From Takakia lepidozioides (Eukaryota; Plantae; Bryophyta), in the NCBI GenBank assembly GCA_030704615.1, contig CM060731.1, forward strand, positions 86,304,001 to 86,368,000: a stretch of DNA of 64,000 nt, in the 5' to 3' direction. The notes under the pieces were generated by a model. That model was not told the origin of the DNA and did no database searches. It was given only the letters and a program-made list of their open reading frames with translations. Positions 1 through 13,400 of this stretch are shown piece after piece; position 1 is the first letter of the stretch, and each line of letters begins with the position of its first letter. The translations under genes and the position numbers were made by a program.

Positions 1-197
1 TTGACATATTCTCTACAATATGACTTTATCAAAGATTTGACCTACTCTCCATGATATGATATCTTAGAGGTTTGACTTGAGAGCCTCAAGTCAAACTTCC
101 TTAAGTCAAGCTTCTTAGGATCATTCCTAATTATTCTGGAAACTTCTAGGGAACCTTCTTCCTCCATCTAGAACCTTCTAGATTCTACCTTGTTACA
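1..197 (-). repeat. 3' LTR (partial, runs off the window) of a Ty3/Gypsy chromovirus
   Basis: On the minus strand the chromodomain stop (211) is followed by the polypurine tract AGGAGGGGAGGAT (210-198) and then TGTAACA at 197, a canonical LTR start. Confidence 0.8.
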
Positions 198-210
198 ATC
201 CTCCCCTCCT
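198..210 (-). promoter_or_regulatory. Polypurine tract of the Gypsy element
   Basis: AGGAGGGGAGGAT directly abuts the TG start of the LTR. Confidence 0.8.
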
Positions 211-3200
211 TCAAGAAGCAACGTCCTCGTTGTTCGAATTTTCAAAAGCTTGAATTGTTAATTGAGCATTTGCGAGATTTTGCATCGGTTCCCATGTAGC
301 TTCATATAATGGAAATCCTTTCCATAAAACCAAATACTCCAACACCTCATGTCGCCCTCGTTTATATGTGCGTTTTTTCAGAACACGGTCGACCTCACAC
401 TCTTCATTTCCGTCTATCAACTCTGGTAAAGGTTGTGGTTCTTGATTATCTTTGAATATTGATGGTTGAGGTTCGTAACGACGTAGAAGAGAACGTGAAA
501 CACCGGGTGGATCTTCATATGTGGTGGTAACTCCAGCTTGTATGCTACTGCTCCAATGCGTTTAATGATCGAAAAAGGACCAATGAACCGTACCCCTAGT
601 TTTCGCGATCCAATGATGTGTAAATTGGTTGTAGACAACCACACTTGATCCCCAACTGCAAACTCCTCATCCCGTCGACGTGCATTTGCATACTGATTTT
701 GGCGATTTTGGACAACCATCAGCTTCTCTTTAGCTTGACGTACTCCCCGTCGAATTTGTTGCACAAATGCGTTAGTCGCGGCTACCTTGGATAACTCATC
801 TTTTGGTAACTTGAACTTTGTAAGAGTTGTTGGCACATTTGGGTGTTCACCATACATAAAAAAGAAATGAGTTTCTTTCGTTGACGCGTTGACCGAGTTA
901 TTATATAAAAATTCTACCAATGGTAATAACCAGTCTCACTCTTCTTGTTCTTCTAACGTAAAGGCCCGTAACATGTCTTCAATTGTACGATTCGCTCGCT
1001 CTGTCTGTCCATATGACTCCGGATGATAGGCTGTTGACATAGCTAATTTGGTTTTAAAAAGACCAAATAAGCTTTTCCAAAATAAGCTAGTAAATTGGGT
1101 ACCCCTGTCAGTAATGAGAACTTTAGATAGCCCATGATGAGAATAGACCGCTTCCAGATATAATCGAACTAGTTCAGGTGTAGTGACGGATTTTCTAGTG
1201 GGACGGATGTATATTATCTTACTCAATTTGTCTACAAAGACCACTATAGTGTTGTATCCCGATGAGGTTTGAGGTAACTCACAAACTAAATCCATGCTCA
1301 TATGTTCCCAACGTCTGTTTGGTACTGGTAGTGGTTGTAAAAGACCTGCTGACTTGCGGTTTGTTGATTTGTTTTGTTGACATTTCATGCAACTTCGAAC
1401 GTACGCCTCCACCTCGTCTCGCATCCGCGGCCAATAAAATGTTCGTTTTAGTTGTTCGAATGTTTTTTCAACTTCAACATGTCCCGCTATCGCCGTATCA
1501 TGAGCTTCAAACAAGACTTCTGTCTTCAATGCAGGTTCACCAGAGATCCAAAGTTTACATTCTTTGAATACCGACCCTCGAACTTCTGTCACTTTGCTCT
1601 TCTTCTTAGCGTCCACGATCTCCCCCTCGTCTTTAGAAGCCGTCGCTATCTTGTTCCACCAATCGGGTTGAATGTTGACTTCTGTCAATGTGTTCATACG
1701 CGACATCCTTGTCATTGCATCCGCCAATTGCCATTTTCCCTCCACATAGACGATCTTCATGATAAATTGTTGTCGCCACTCCGCCCAACGAATCTGTCTT
1801 TTCGATAGATCTTTCTGTGTCTCCAAGTACACCAACGGTTTATGGTCTGTCTCCACTATGCACTCTTTGTCTCCAAGATAGTGCTTCCAATGTTTTGTAC
1901 CCAAAACAATGGTCAATTCTTCTCGTTCGGTTGTGTGGTAATTTTGTTTTACAGATAACCATTTGCGAGAAAAATATGTCAGTGGGTGCCATCCGTCTTC
2001 CCATTCTTGTTGTAACACCCCATCCACTGCTGAGCCTGACGTATCTACCGAGAGTTTGATTAGTCTTGTCGGATCATACCATTTCAAGATCGGGGCATGA
2101 AGCAACGCATCTTTCAAGGCCTGAAATGCTAACTCCTCTTCTGTACCCCACTTCCATTTAATTCCTTTGCCCAAAAGATTTGTCAATGGTTGGGCAATCT
2201 TTGAGAATGCCCGTACAAATCGTCTGTAGAATCCGGTAAGGCCAAGAAAACTCTTTAATTGGGTAATGTCTTCAGGGACTATCCACTGCTGAATAGCTTC
2301 AATTTTCTCACTCATTACCTCAATTCCCTTCCTACTCACGCGATGCCCAAGATAATCTACTTCTTTGTTTTCCAAACTCACATTTAGATGTTTTGGCATA
2401 TAGCTGATTCTCATGGAGAACTTGTAATACTTGTTTGAAGTGGTTTCTATGCTCGACAAGACTGTTACTATAAATCAAAATATCATCTAAAAAGACTATC
2501 ACAAATCTATCTAAGAATGGGTGAAAGATCATATCATTCATGAGGCCCATGAATGTGACTGGGGCATTGGTGAGACCAAATGACATAACCATGTATTCAA
2601 AATGTCCATACCTAGTGCAGAAAACGGTCTTATATACATCTTCATCAGCAACTCGAATTTGGTTGTATCCACTCCTCAGATCAAGCTTCGTAAAGTATTT
2701 TGCTCCTCGCAGTTGGTCAAATAGATCGTCCATGCGTGGTAACGGGTACTTGTTCTTCACTGTATGCTGGTTGAGTGTTCGATAATCAATGCACATGCGC
2801 ATTGCTCCATCTTTTTTCTTCACAAACAACACCGACGCACCATACGGGGATACACTTGGTCTTATAAAGCCTTTTGATAGTAGGTCCTCAACTTGAGCCT
2901 TACATTCTTCCAACTCGTTTGGTGTTAATCGATAAGAGACTTTACAATAAAGAATACTACTTGGAATAACCTCAATCTTATGATCTATTCTTCTTTTTGG
3001 CGGAAGCCGTGCTGGTAGGTCATTTGGAAAGACATCTTCAAACTCTTTCAATACACTCTGTAATTCTATAGGGACCTCACTCATGTCTTTTTTTCGGATT
3101 TTCCACGTCTCTTATTAAACCTACAAATAATAAATCTTTCTTACATATAGCTGTAGTACCTATAACAAATGATGGTAGGTTTCGATATGATGTCCTTACT

Positions 3201-3547
3201 CGATCTCCCCATATTTTCCACTTCTGGGTTTTGACTATCTTTCGACGCCAATCAACATCAGGGTTGTGAGATTCCATCCAAGGCATGCATAATATTACGT
3301 CATATTGAGCCAGTCTGACCACTCGTCATTCTAAGGTTTATCTATATTTACCAATCGACAACTCTATGTTTTTAGGTAGTGTCTCAATGGCCTTTGTATG
3401 TCCATTTGACTTTTTTACTTCCTCTCTTTCATCCTTTTCTAAGGGGAGTCCTAGTTTCAAGGCAGCCTTTCTAGATAAGAAGTTTTTTGTTGCCCCAGGG
3501 TCTATCAACACTCTCACATGAATACCTTCCAAGGTTCCTTCTGCCAC
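211..3547 (-). pseudogene. pol: pol (protease, RT, RNase H, integrase, chromodomain), frameshifted
   Basis: Protease LIDPGAT; RT MCIDYR, LDLRSGY, FLDD; RNase H VDTSG/ETDHKPL; integrase H-H-C-C, SMDLV, TDRGTQF, ERANR; GPF motif; chromodomain EYLVLWKGFPLYEATWEP. Broken into at least 6 ORFs. Confidence 0.93.
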
Positions 3548-3739
3548 ACTTAACTGCGCTATTTCTTGCTCGCATGATTGATTTGTCTCTTCTTCTTGTA
3601 GGGCCCCTCGCCTTTCCTCTTCTTAAGACCGCGAGGTCTATTTACTGGTTGTCCTCGTTTTCCTGTTCATTGTGATGTTCGTTATCTTCTCCTTTCCTTA
3701 AACTGTTAAGAGGTCTTTGATAAGTTTGTCGATTGTACC

Positions 3740-4717
3740 TTCTACTTCGGCAGTTGACTACAAGATGCCCATATTTTCCACAGTTGTAACATTGTCTAGT
3801 TTCCCTTTATCCTTCTGTTCGTGAGAATGTTGAGGAGGTCACATCTTTGTCATTCAATTTCATTCGCCGCTGTGTGTTATCTTCCCATATCTGATTCCCG
3901 GCCTATTTCTTTTAGAATATTGGAAGTTATCCCGTCTTCGAAGATTTCCAAGCTCCATAGGCGTTGGTCCGTATTGGTTCAATGGAACGTGTATACCTTC
4001 GTCATATTTTGGTAGCGTCCCTTCAATCTTTTGGGCCAATGAAATTGCTTCGTGGACATCAACCGAGTTGCGTAAAATTACCTCTCATTGAATTTTCTTC
4101 TTCAATCCTCTTTTGAAGTTGTCTAAAGCTTCTGCAGGACTTATGTCTTCGTTTGGACCTGAAAAAAATCTTCAATGTAATTTTGCATACTCCCGCGTTG
4201 TTCCAAATTCCATAATTTCATTCGAGCAGTTGTAACAACATCTACTGCCTTGAATTGTTGGAGCAGTCCCACTTTCAAGGTGTTCCATAGTAAATGTTCT
4301 CCTTTTGCAATCTGTCTTCTCTCCCATGTCTGTAACCATTGTTGAAGCATTGTCGAGTAGAAAAGATCGTATGAACATTTCGTGGTCCAAATCACTTGAT
4401 GTAGGGAAATATGACAGATGTACCTCCATTCGATAAATCCATCCTTCTAGCACTCCCATGGCGCGACTTCCTTTATACGGCTCGACCTTGCACGTCTTGG
4501 TCATCTTTTACAGTAACGTATCCGACCCATCAACAACCAGTCCCGGGGCGGTTGATTGTCTCACTTGTTTAAGCTCCTCCATCAACACGTTGTTTTGTTG
4601 TTGGGTCGTGACAAGAGCATTTTACAATTCGTGTAAGCGCTCCATTATCCACACCGTCTGATCATTGGCTTGATAAGTAGTGTGTGCGTTGTCCACCATT
4701 TCTTCATTGTCCGCCAT
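3740..4717 (-). pseudogene. gag: gag (retrotransposon capsid plus CCHC zinc knuckle), frameshifted
   Basis: Fragments KVEPYKGSR..LEGWIYRME, ARMKLWNLEQRGSMQNYIEDF and zinc knuckle CYNCGKYGHLVVNC (~3750-3795), split across frames. Confidence 0.8.
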
Positions 4718-5932
4718 CTTGCTCCACTACTCCTTCCTTCGTGGTGTTTATACGATTAAATTTTAACCGGAGACCTTTCCCTTGATATCTCTATGGTCGA
4801 GGCTCCAACCATTGTCCTAGGAATGCCCACTTTGTCATTTTTGCTATTTTTTTGTGAATTTCCGGCGACCAAAAGCACTTGGAATTCAACATCTCCCACA
4901 CCGCAGGTCCAAAAATCGTGAGACCAAACCCGTGCACCCCTCCTCGTCGAGGGCTTTACAACGGTACCAAGCACCAGGGTTGGGGCCTTGCGGTTTGGGA
5001 CATCTCAACGTGACAAAACAAAACAAAACAAAACAAACCAAAACAAACGTCTTGCTTCATAGATTGATGAAAGCATATTTGGAAGATGCTTTAAAGAGAA
5101 GCATATTTGGGAAGATGCTTTGGTTTGAAGCATCTTTTTGCACATCAGGTTGATGTAGTGAACGGTGTAGATGTGGTCGAATGGTACACAGTGAATATTT
5201 TTTTACCATGATGTTGTTAGGGTTGTGACATGGTTTCTTATGGGTGTGACAGGGACAACGAGGGGGCGAAACAGGACCGGGGTTGTGGTCAAAAAGTATT
5301 CCATACACATTCGTTCGCCTCTCTACCCATCCGATCAAACAGATGGACACGAATAGAAGGAAGGTAGAAAACCAGGAGGCACCAGAATGGAGACCTAAGA
5401 AACGGTTCCAGGCCACGCACGCCGGGCTGCTGTGGCAGCGTTACAACGAATGGGGGTATGCCAACTGGCCTTGACGCCGCACCGCCAGAGCAGACAACCA
5501 TAGTCAGGTCCGCCATGGCTAGCTTTGCTTTCCCGCCCATCTTGCTTCCAACAGAGTGATCGTTGCATAAGGCTGTTTCTCTCATGGCATGGCCGAGGTG
5601 CGTCCTTTCCAGGCCAGCGCCACCTTTGCATTGTCTCTAGTGACCTTCTTTCTAACTCTGTCTCTGTTGACTCTCCCTTACCCACCCCTTTGCCCCGCAT
5701 TGTCGTCTGTGTTAGGAACTCCCTGCTTGATCCCATTTCCATACCAATACCAGGCCCCGTACAATTCTCACGCCCCTCTCAAACTGATTTCGTTTCCAAA
5801 CTTTGTCCAATCTCTTCAGCTTGAAAAACCCAGTTGCTCCGGAGGATTTTTGTGCAACCTTTGCTCCCTGATGAGTCACTGTTGTCCACAGGGTAAAAAT
5901 TCATCATCGCATTTATAGGACAAAGTTTCATT

Positions 5933-7420
5933 ATGGCAGAGCTGCAAGCAACAGAGCATGGTGGAACAGCTTCAGCTGAACCTTCACCACCCGACTCCTC
6001 TGCTATTTCCACTCTCATGTCCTCTGAAGAAGTGGGGAGCGTGGATGACAAGAAGGGCTCTTATCCATTCGAAGGTGGGGGACAGGTGTACCCCCGGCCC
6101 GCCAGACTAGAAGTTAAGCCGATGCAGATCGCCGTAGAATCTTACGAAAAGCAGGTGGGCAACGAAGCCCGGGTTTTCAATCCCCAAAAGGCGGATGCAC
6201 CACTACCGGCACTGCTAGTCCCACAAATGCCTGTTAATAGCCATGTATTTCCTGTGGTAGTGCTGCCGCCCGACACAGCGTTCTCCAGGGACCTGCCTCC
6301 AGGTTCGCGACAGTTGTCCAATCTGGACGACCATGCGCCAGCTGGCAGTGTGCTTTTGGCAGGTAACCGTGGTAGATCTGGGTTGATGCAATTGCAGGCA
6401 GAGGGAGGTTTGGAAGAGCTTGCAGCTGGGAGGCTTAATGTTGCGGACGTGTTGGCAGAGCTAGACAGAGAACGCCGCAAGAATGTTGAGCTCCGTGGCC
6501 GTGTCTCCTCCCTTGAGGCTAAGCTGGTTGCTGACGACAAGGTTAGCACCCCGGCCTCTCGACCCACTACTGTTCTATTCAATCATGTTAACATTCAATG
6601 CATTTGATTGTCTTTTAATTGTAGTTTGAATGTTTTTGGCGCGAGGGAAAGAGTCGTCACCATGGCCCATTCTTCAGTTAGGAAACACGACCCTTTCCCC
6701 TACCCTTTCCCTCCCTGTTTGCTGGATGATTTTTCCAGGGTTTTCCTTACAGAAGACTCTAGGTCAATTGTGACCTACCTGTGTGACTATAGGTCTTGAT
6801 GTTTTTGTAAAACTAAAGCAAATCTCTAGTGACCCACTAAGATGTTCCTTCGATTTCCTGACTGACTGGTACATCCTATTGGACAAACTCTTTACCCACA
6901 TTATTTTTGGCCCCATATCTACTCCTGCCTTCTTCCATACAAACTTTGGGAACTCAAAATTATCATTGTATCTTTGATTGGGTCTGGAGTAAAGTGGCCT
7001 TAGTGTGACAATCATGCACATGCAAGCTTGCAAACCCATGTTGCACCCAAATTACTCCATAAGTTCCAGGAGGTGACATAAAGGCCTCATTTTTTGAAGG
7101 CATTGCTGTCCTTGATGGATTATGTTTGCCAGGATGGCACAGGGTGCTTAACACAACATGGCACCAAGAAGAAGCAGCGACAGAAGTACAAACACAGGGA
7201 TGGTGAAGAGGAGGTTCCAAGGAAGTTGCAAAGCAGCAAAATGCAACCAGTAAAGCAAGAGGAAGGCCTGCATCTAGGGGCAGTTACATATTATGCTAAG
7301 AATGTGGCTGAAACCCTGGAGCCTTCAGTGAATTGGATGAGTAGAGAAGAAGTGACCCTAGCTGATTTGGAGAAGCTGAACAAGGAAGGGATTTCAGATG
7401 GTGACGACACAGGGGACAGC

Positions 7421-7473
<53 letters not shown>

Positions 7474-10400
7474 CGACGACGACGACGATCATGATGACGA
7501 GGGCAGTGATATTAAGGAAGAAAGAATTGAAAAGAAGCGAAAAGGGGAGGGTAAGGAGGGAATGGAAGCCAGGGACCTCAATGGTGAAAAGCCAGAGCTG
7601 AATAATGTGAGTAGTTACTTCACCTTTATTGAATTACTCAGATAGATATAACATCAATATAGATATATCCACGCCCTAACACTCCGGATATACATAGGTT
7701 GAGGGTAATTTGATATTAATTACCCTCCGGTTATATTCTATGAAGAACCTTCTTTTTGAGGCTGTTATCTGGTCCTCAGTTGCATGGGTACTCTGCCAAT
7801 ATGGTTGTTGTATGTATCACAGTCTTTGAATTCCCCCGACCAGTTTCTAGTAAACGGACGATCTAAAAAACTGAGATTCCAAGCAAGTGATGGGCTATGA
7901 TATGCTCAAAGGCCACAATGACACTCTGACATTAATGGTTTGCTAACAGTTGTTGGCAGGCTGCATTGTGTGATTTTGCCTCATTTTGTTTTCATTCCTG
8001 CCTACAGAAAGGAAGGGGCACCACAGTCTGCCTGGCTGGTTCTGCAGGTAGAGTTTTCTTGGTAGACAGAATGGACTAAGTAGTGCTAGGTGGGCAATAC
8101 TCGCATGTCTCAGGCCAGGATTCAGGTGGGCAGCATCAGGTAGACCTAGATTTCTATCCTAAAATGTTTTCTTCTTGGCACAGTTGTGGTCGCTTCATTG
8201 CAAACGTGTGCAGCTGTGCTTGCATTGGATTAACTTCGAAACCCCATCAGGTGGGTCTTGGTCGGTGCATATGTTAAGGTCCAAATTATAGCACAAAAGA
8301 TTTTAGCAGAGGCAGTTGTGCTGGACCTAAAAGCACACATCCCGTAGAATGGCCTGGTATATGAATCATGTGCTGGGGAGAGGCAGTTGTATGTGACTAG
8401 TAGATTCAATTTGAAAGTGTTGTCGTCCATTTGCAATGCAATATCATTCAAATGAATGTTTCATGTGGACCCAGGTAGAGGTTAAGCATGAGGAGCAAGA
8501 CAATGCAGGGATCATGGTGCCCGGTCTGGGGGTGGATGCTGACAGTACTGATGGGGAAGACACAGACAGTGATGGGAAGAGGAAACGACGTAGTCAAAAA
8601 AAGTTAAAAGAGGGGAGGAAGGTGAAGCGGGGGGAGAAAACATATTATGGAAAAACGGGGGGTTTTGTGCATGAGCTAGTGTCATATCGAGGGGCAGGCA
8701 TTCTCTCTTCGTATAAAAAGACGCCCAAGACTGCTTTTTGCCCTAAAGAAGTGAAGCGCATAATGGAGTCGGGCGTTTTAGCCCTCAAGAATGCGCAGTC
8801 ACACACAATGCGCAAAATCATTGTGTTTGCATCGTTAGGAATTCGCCATGGGTGTGAAGATTTGTATGAGCTTGATTTCAACCACTTTTCTATTGTCCAG
8901 AGAGGCGAGCCATATAAATCTCCCAAGGACCCTGGGGTAAGTCTCTCTCCCACTCATACCAATTCATGTGTAGATCTGGTGAGTTTTTGGCTGCTTAAGT
9001 GGATCTAGAAGGCTGCATGTTTAAATTTGTCTAGTTTTATTATGTTAAAAATGACATCACATTATTTATGGAGCAGCATAATTTTACTAGAGACATTCTC
9101 TACACCCTTTTTTGCTACCCAGGGCTTCCTGGATTGCTGACTTGGAGATTTCATTGCAAAAGGCTGCAGTGAAACTGCCACTTTCAACTCTTTCATAGCT
9201 GACAGCAAGAGACTTATTGAAGAATAATAAGCCGATTACTTGCCACAGGCACATGGTTAAAATATTGCCTGGGGGAGTATCAAGCACCACATGCTTATCT
9301 AATTAATGTGTTAAATGGAAAGAAATTGTTACAGGCAGGTCAGTATCTACAGCAAGGTCATGCAGGACGGGGGGTGCAAGCACTTGTTTCTGTCAGAATT
9401 GTTTCCTAAGCTTAGTGAACTTAGCAGTATTTTTTTTTGTGAACATGTATTGTTTTGATCTGCTTCATGTCTGAAAGTCAGTCCTTCCTCGGTCAGTCAA
9501 CAACTGTCAGCTTAGTTTGCACATTTCTTTTTGGATGGTTTGTAAGACCGGTGTTGTGAACCTCTTGAACCTGGTACAGTGATGACTGGTCGCTGCTGAC
9601 CTGAGCAAGCTATGAACTCCCTATGGCTGGACTCAGTTTCTGTTGTAGTTTACTTGCCCTCTAAACTTTCTTGTGTCGCGAGTTATTTTTTGAAGATGAC
9701 TGCTTTACCCTTTTTTTACAACGGCAAGTTTGTGCCAATCTTGGTATTTATGTACTTGTGCAGTGAAGGTAAACGTCTAAATGGGAGGCTCGCTTACACA
9801 CCGGTCACTGGTTGGTTTGCCCATGTCCAGTGTGCTTGGTGTCTTGCTATGATGCCTAACCATGCAGAAAGCTACAGGTGTTACCAAAGATATCTTTCAA
9901 CTACACTAGTTGGTGGTGCACAGTCATCCCCCTCTCCCTCTCGTCTAATAGAGAAGGGGTCTTAGATAGCCATGAATGCCACTACCAACCTGGATGAAGT
10001 CCATACAAATCACAGAGAGGTGGAGTCATGATGATGCTTTTGCGATGGTTCAGGATAAAGAAGAGAGAGGGGACTGACATAGTATGTGCAATTCAGGAGC
10101 ATGTGTTATATGATCACCCGGGCGTGCGGACCAAAATGTTTTATCCAAACCGTCAGAATCCCATCCTGTGTCCAGTGCGCATCCTTGATGAGGAGAGAGC
10201 AATGCGGCCAGTGGGTCCCAGCTGCCCTTCCTGCCTCTTTCTGTGCATCAAATATGGGGGCCGCACCCGCAATTTGCCGCAAAATGAGTATGGACCCTTC
10301 TTGGTTTTTGACAAGTTTTTGCATGTGAATGATCTTGTTTCCGCAAAAACGCACCCTTTCTTGGTATAGATATACTCCACCTCCTGTGTTGTCACCTCTG

Positions 10401-13400
10401 CCAGAGATTTCTTGTGGGTACCAAGACCAGGGCAAGGTTCCCTCTGTTAGGATATGTCATTTGACGACTGAGTGTACGGAATCCTGGCTCATACAGATGA
10501 AAAGAAGTTATGAAAAGGTAGTATTGTGCGCAACACTTGTCTAGGAAAGCTATGGACCTGTATGATGATTCCAGGGCTAAAATGTCTAGAGGCACCAGCA
10601 TTGTGCAATTAAACTTTTGTCATGGTCCCCAGGTTGATGTGGTGAAATGTGGTGAGGTTTGTACTAGCTGCCTCTGAAGGTCAGGTCAAGGTAGCAGATA
10701 CATGACAACATACTTCTTGATGTTGGGCACTGATAGAATGCCAGGTGGAATGGTGATGTTAGGTTCTTGGCCATGCAGGAGGTGGACTGGATGTATTGGG
10801 TTATGGAAGAGGTAGACTTTAAACAAGACAGCTGTTCAGTCCCATCTGTGTGTGATATATATTTCTACGCACTCACATACCCACATGCACACACTTGTAC
10901 ATTTCTTGCTTTCTCCAGTTTTTCCCTAGACTACTCTTCCATGATTAATTCGCATAATGGTCTTCCAAAATAAAAGGTTTCTGAAGTAGTAAAGTTTTTG
11001 AACAACCAGCACAACCTTCCACAGGCACATGTATAGGTGGTCATTTAATTTCAATATGTTATTACATAGTCGTAAGTCGATATGGTCTTTTTCTGCCACT
11101 GACCCAGGTCGCTTTACTACTGTTGACTTCCTGTGTTTTGCTTAGTTGTGTTGACTGAGTTGCAAACTGTGGTTGAAATTTTTGAGCTACTGTGGATATT
11201 TTACACTCTCATTTGTCAGCCTTTCCCATGGTCGATAATTGGGGAAATGGTCGTGGTGGTTGGGCCCTAAAGCAAGCCCCTGAACTTGTTGAGGAATTAC
11301 CTAACGTCTTGATGGGCTTACACCTTTTGAGTGACCCTCAGAAGTCCTTGGTCCCATTCAAATATAATTCTGGACCTTACTCAACACTTGCACAGATATA
11401 TCTAGGCTTTCAGCAAATGACTCATTCTGTTAATGTCCTCTTTTACCAACAATTGGTGCATTTAATTCATAGTTGAGATTCAGCTTATGAATATCTGTGC
11501 TGACAGCTGATTGCACGCAAAGGCTGACAAACAACACTTTGTACTCTGGATGGCTGCACTACCAGATTGTCCTTTTGTGTCTCCCATTTCCAGCCGAAAT
11601 TCATCATTTGCATTGATTCTTAGGTTGTTAAGGATTCTTCCTGGTCCTCTTGTGCCCTGCTGATAGGCATGGCTGAAGGGCCCCAGATATTCTCACTGTG
11701 GGGTCCGTGCTGGATTTGCAGCATCTTGTCTAGAGTCACTTCTCTTCTCCAAACATCAGGTCTGGTGTGTCTAGCCATGTTTTAAAATAGTATATTGCTG
11801 TTCACTGTGATCTTGAGCTGATGCTTGAAGAGCGTGTTTAAGCTCTTGGAGGTGCACACACAAACATGTTCTACTGAAATAGGAGTGTTTATAATCTATG
11901 CATGGTTTGATAAATTTTGCAACTCATGCTGTTGAGGGGTAAATGGAGGTTATAGTGCAGTGGGGTGCGGGTGTGCAGGTATGTGAGACAGAGGATGGGT
12001 TGCAATAAGCTCAAGTCATTTGGGCCGCTTATGTGTCAGATGGCTCTGCTGGTACACATACGCACAGGCAGTTTTTTTTTCAAAGCACTTGGTATTACAT
12101 TGCTCTTCATGGCTGGCTTTCCTAATGACCTTGTCCGCAAGGAGACAAAGTATCGCAACCTTGATTTGCTGCAAAAATACTACAGGTGCTCCTCTTGGAT
12201 ATTCACATCTCTCTCTCTCTCTCTCTCCCTCTCTCTCTGACCGTGGAGGGAGGAGGGGATCTCAATTGGAAATGGGTAGTGAAGAGATCCCTGTACTCCC
12301 TTCCTACACACATCTTGGTGTTGAGTTTTCCTCCAACTTTAACTGGATGTGCCTATACATAAAGTGATTGAATTTGCAAAATGCAAAGCTTTGGGTCTCA
12401 CTAAATTTTTCCACTGCAGAGGGATTAATACTTAAGTGAAAAGGACCATGCTTTATAACGTTATTAGGCTGGCCTTGGAGTACGCATCTGCTGTTTGGGT
12501 CGACAATTCCAGCCACACGCTAAATCTCTAGAATCCATTCAGGTCGTGGTGCTCAAAGAAAGCAGGTCGGCTTGTTCTAGAACAGCTAATGTGGCTATTT
12601 GGGGTGGGTTTGGCATACCTCCCTTAAGCTCTCGACGTGATGAATTCAAGGTCAGATGTGAGGTCAGTTGAATGGCACGCCTAAGACCAGATACCCTAAA
12701 AATCGACGCTATTTCTTGGATGCAAGACCGTCCTGTTAACCAGGCTAAGTCTTGGCAGAAAAGGGTGGAAGAAATTTCAAGTATCTGAGTATTAGTCCAG
12801 AAGAATTGACCCTACTGGATGAAGGTGACCTGGAGGGGGTTCTGACGACGGCCCTGTCTGATGCCCAAAGTCTGTCTGATGAAAATGAAGTTAGGCATGA
12901 AACTTCCCTCTCCAGTCTGTGACATGGGCAAGGACCTTAAGAATCTGAAGGGTCTACCTACCCTCAGCACTCGATTGAAATTTAAACTCAGCGCAGGGAG
13001 CCTTCCTTTGAACAATAAACAGATGAGGGAGGAAAAGGAGATGTGTTGGCAACCTGAAGACAATATCCATTTTCTGATACATTGTCCGGGGTATTCTCAC
13101 CAGAGAGTGACTTTCTTCAGGAACATCAAGAACATGGTTGCCGCACCTCTGTTTACCAACTTCCAAATTCTCGAGGCGGAGCGTACAGCCCTGGCCCTGT
13201 GAGGTCTAACTTTTGGGCTGCTCACTCACAGCAGATTGATGCTTGTGTGAAGGGCTTTCTAGAGGATATCTGGAAAGGCCAAACTAACTCTTTATACCAA
13301 GGTAAGTCACACTACTAGAGTGAGCCCCTTACAAAGGTAGTGCCTATACCCTCTGTTTCTGTCCAAACTGGGCACAGAGTCCATGGCCACAAGGCTACGG

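Larger units (their letters stand above)
1..5015 (-). mobile_element. Ty3/Gypsy chromovirus LTR retrotransposon, decayed
   Basis: Domain order gag-PR-RT-RNaseH-INT-chromodomain on the minus strand. The right boundary is tentative: TGTCACG at 5015, next to an (AAAAC)n run. Confidence 0.92.

Noticed and set aside
7398-7601. Poly-Met ORF
   Set aside because: Alternate-frame reading of the (GAT)n tract that encodes poly-Asp in exon 2.
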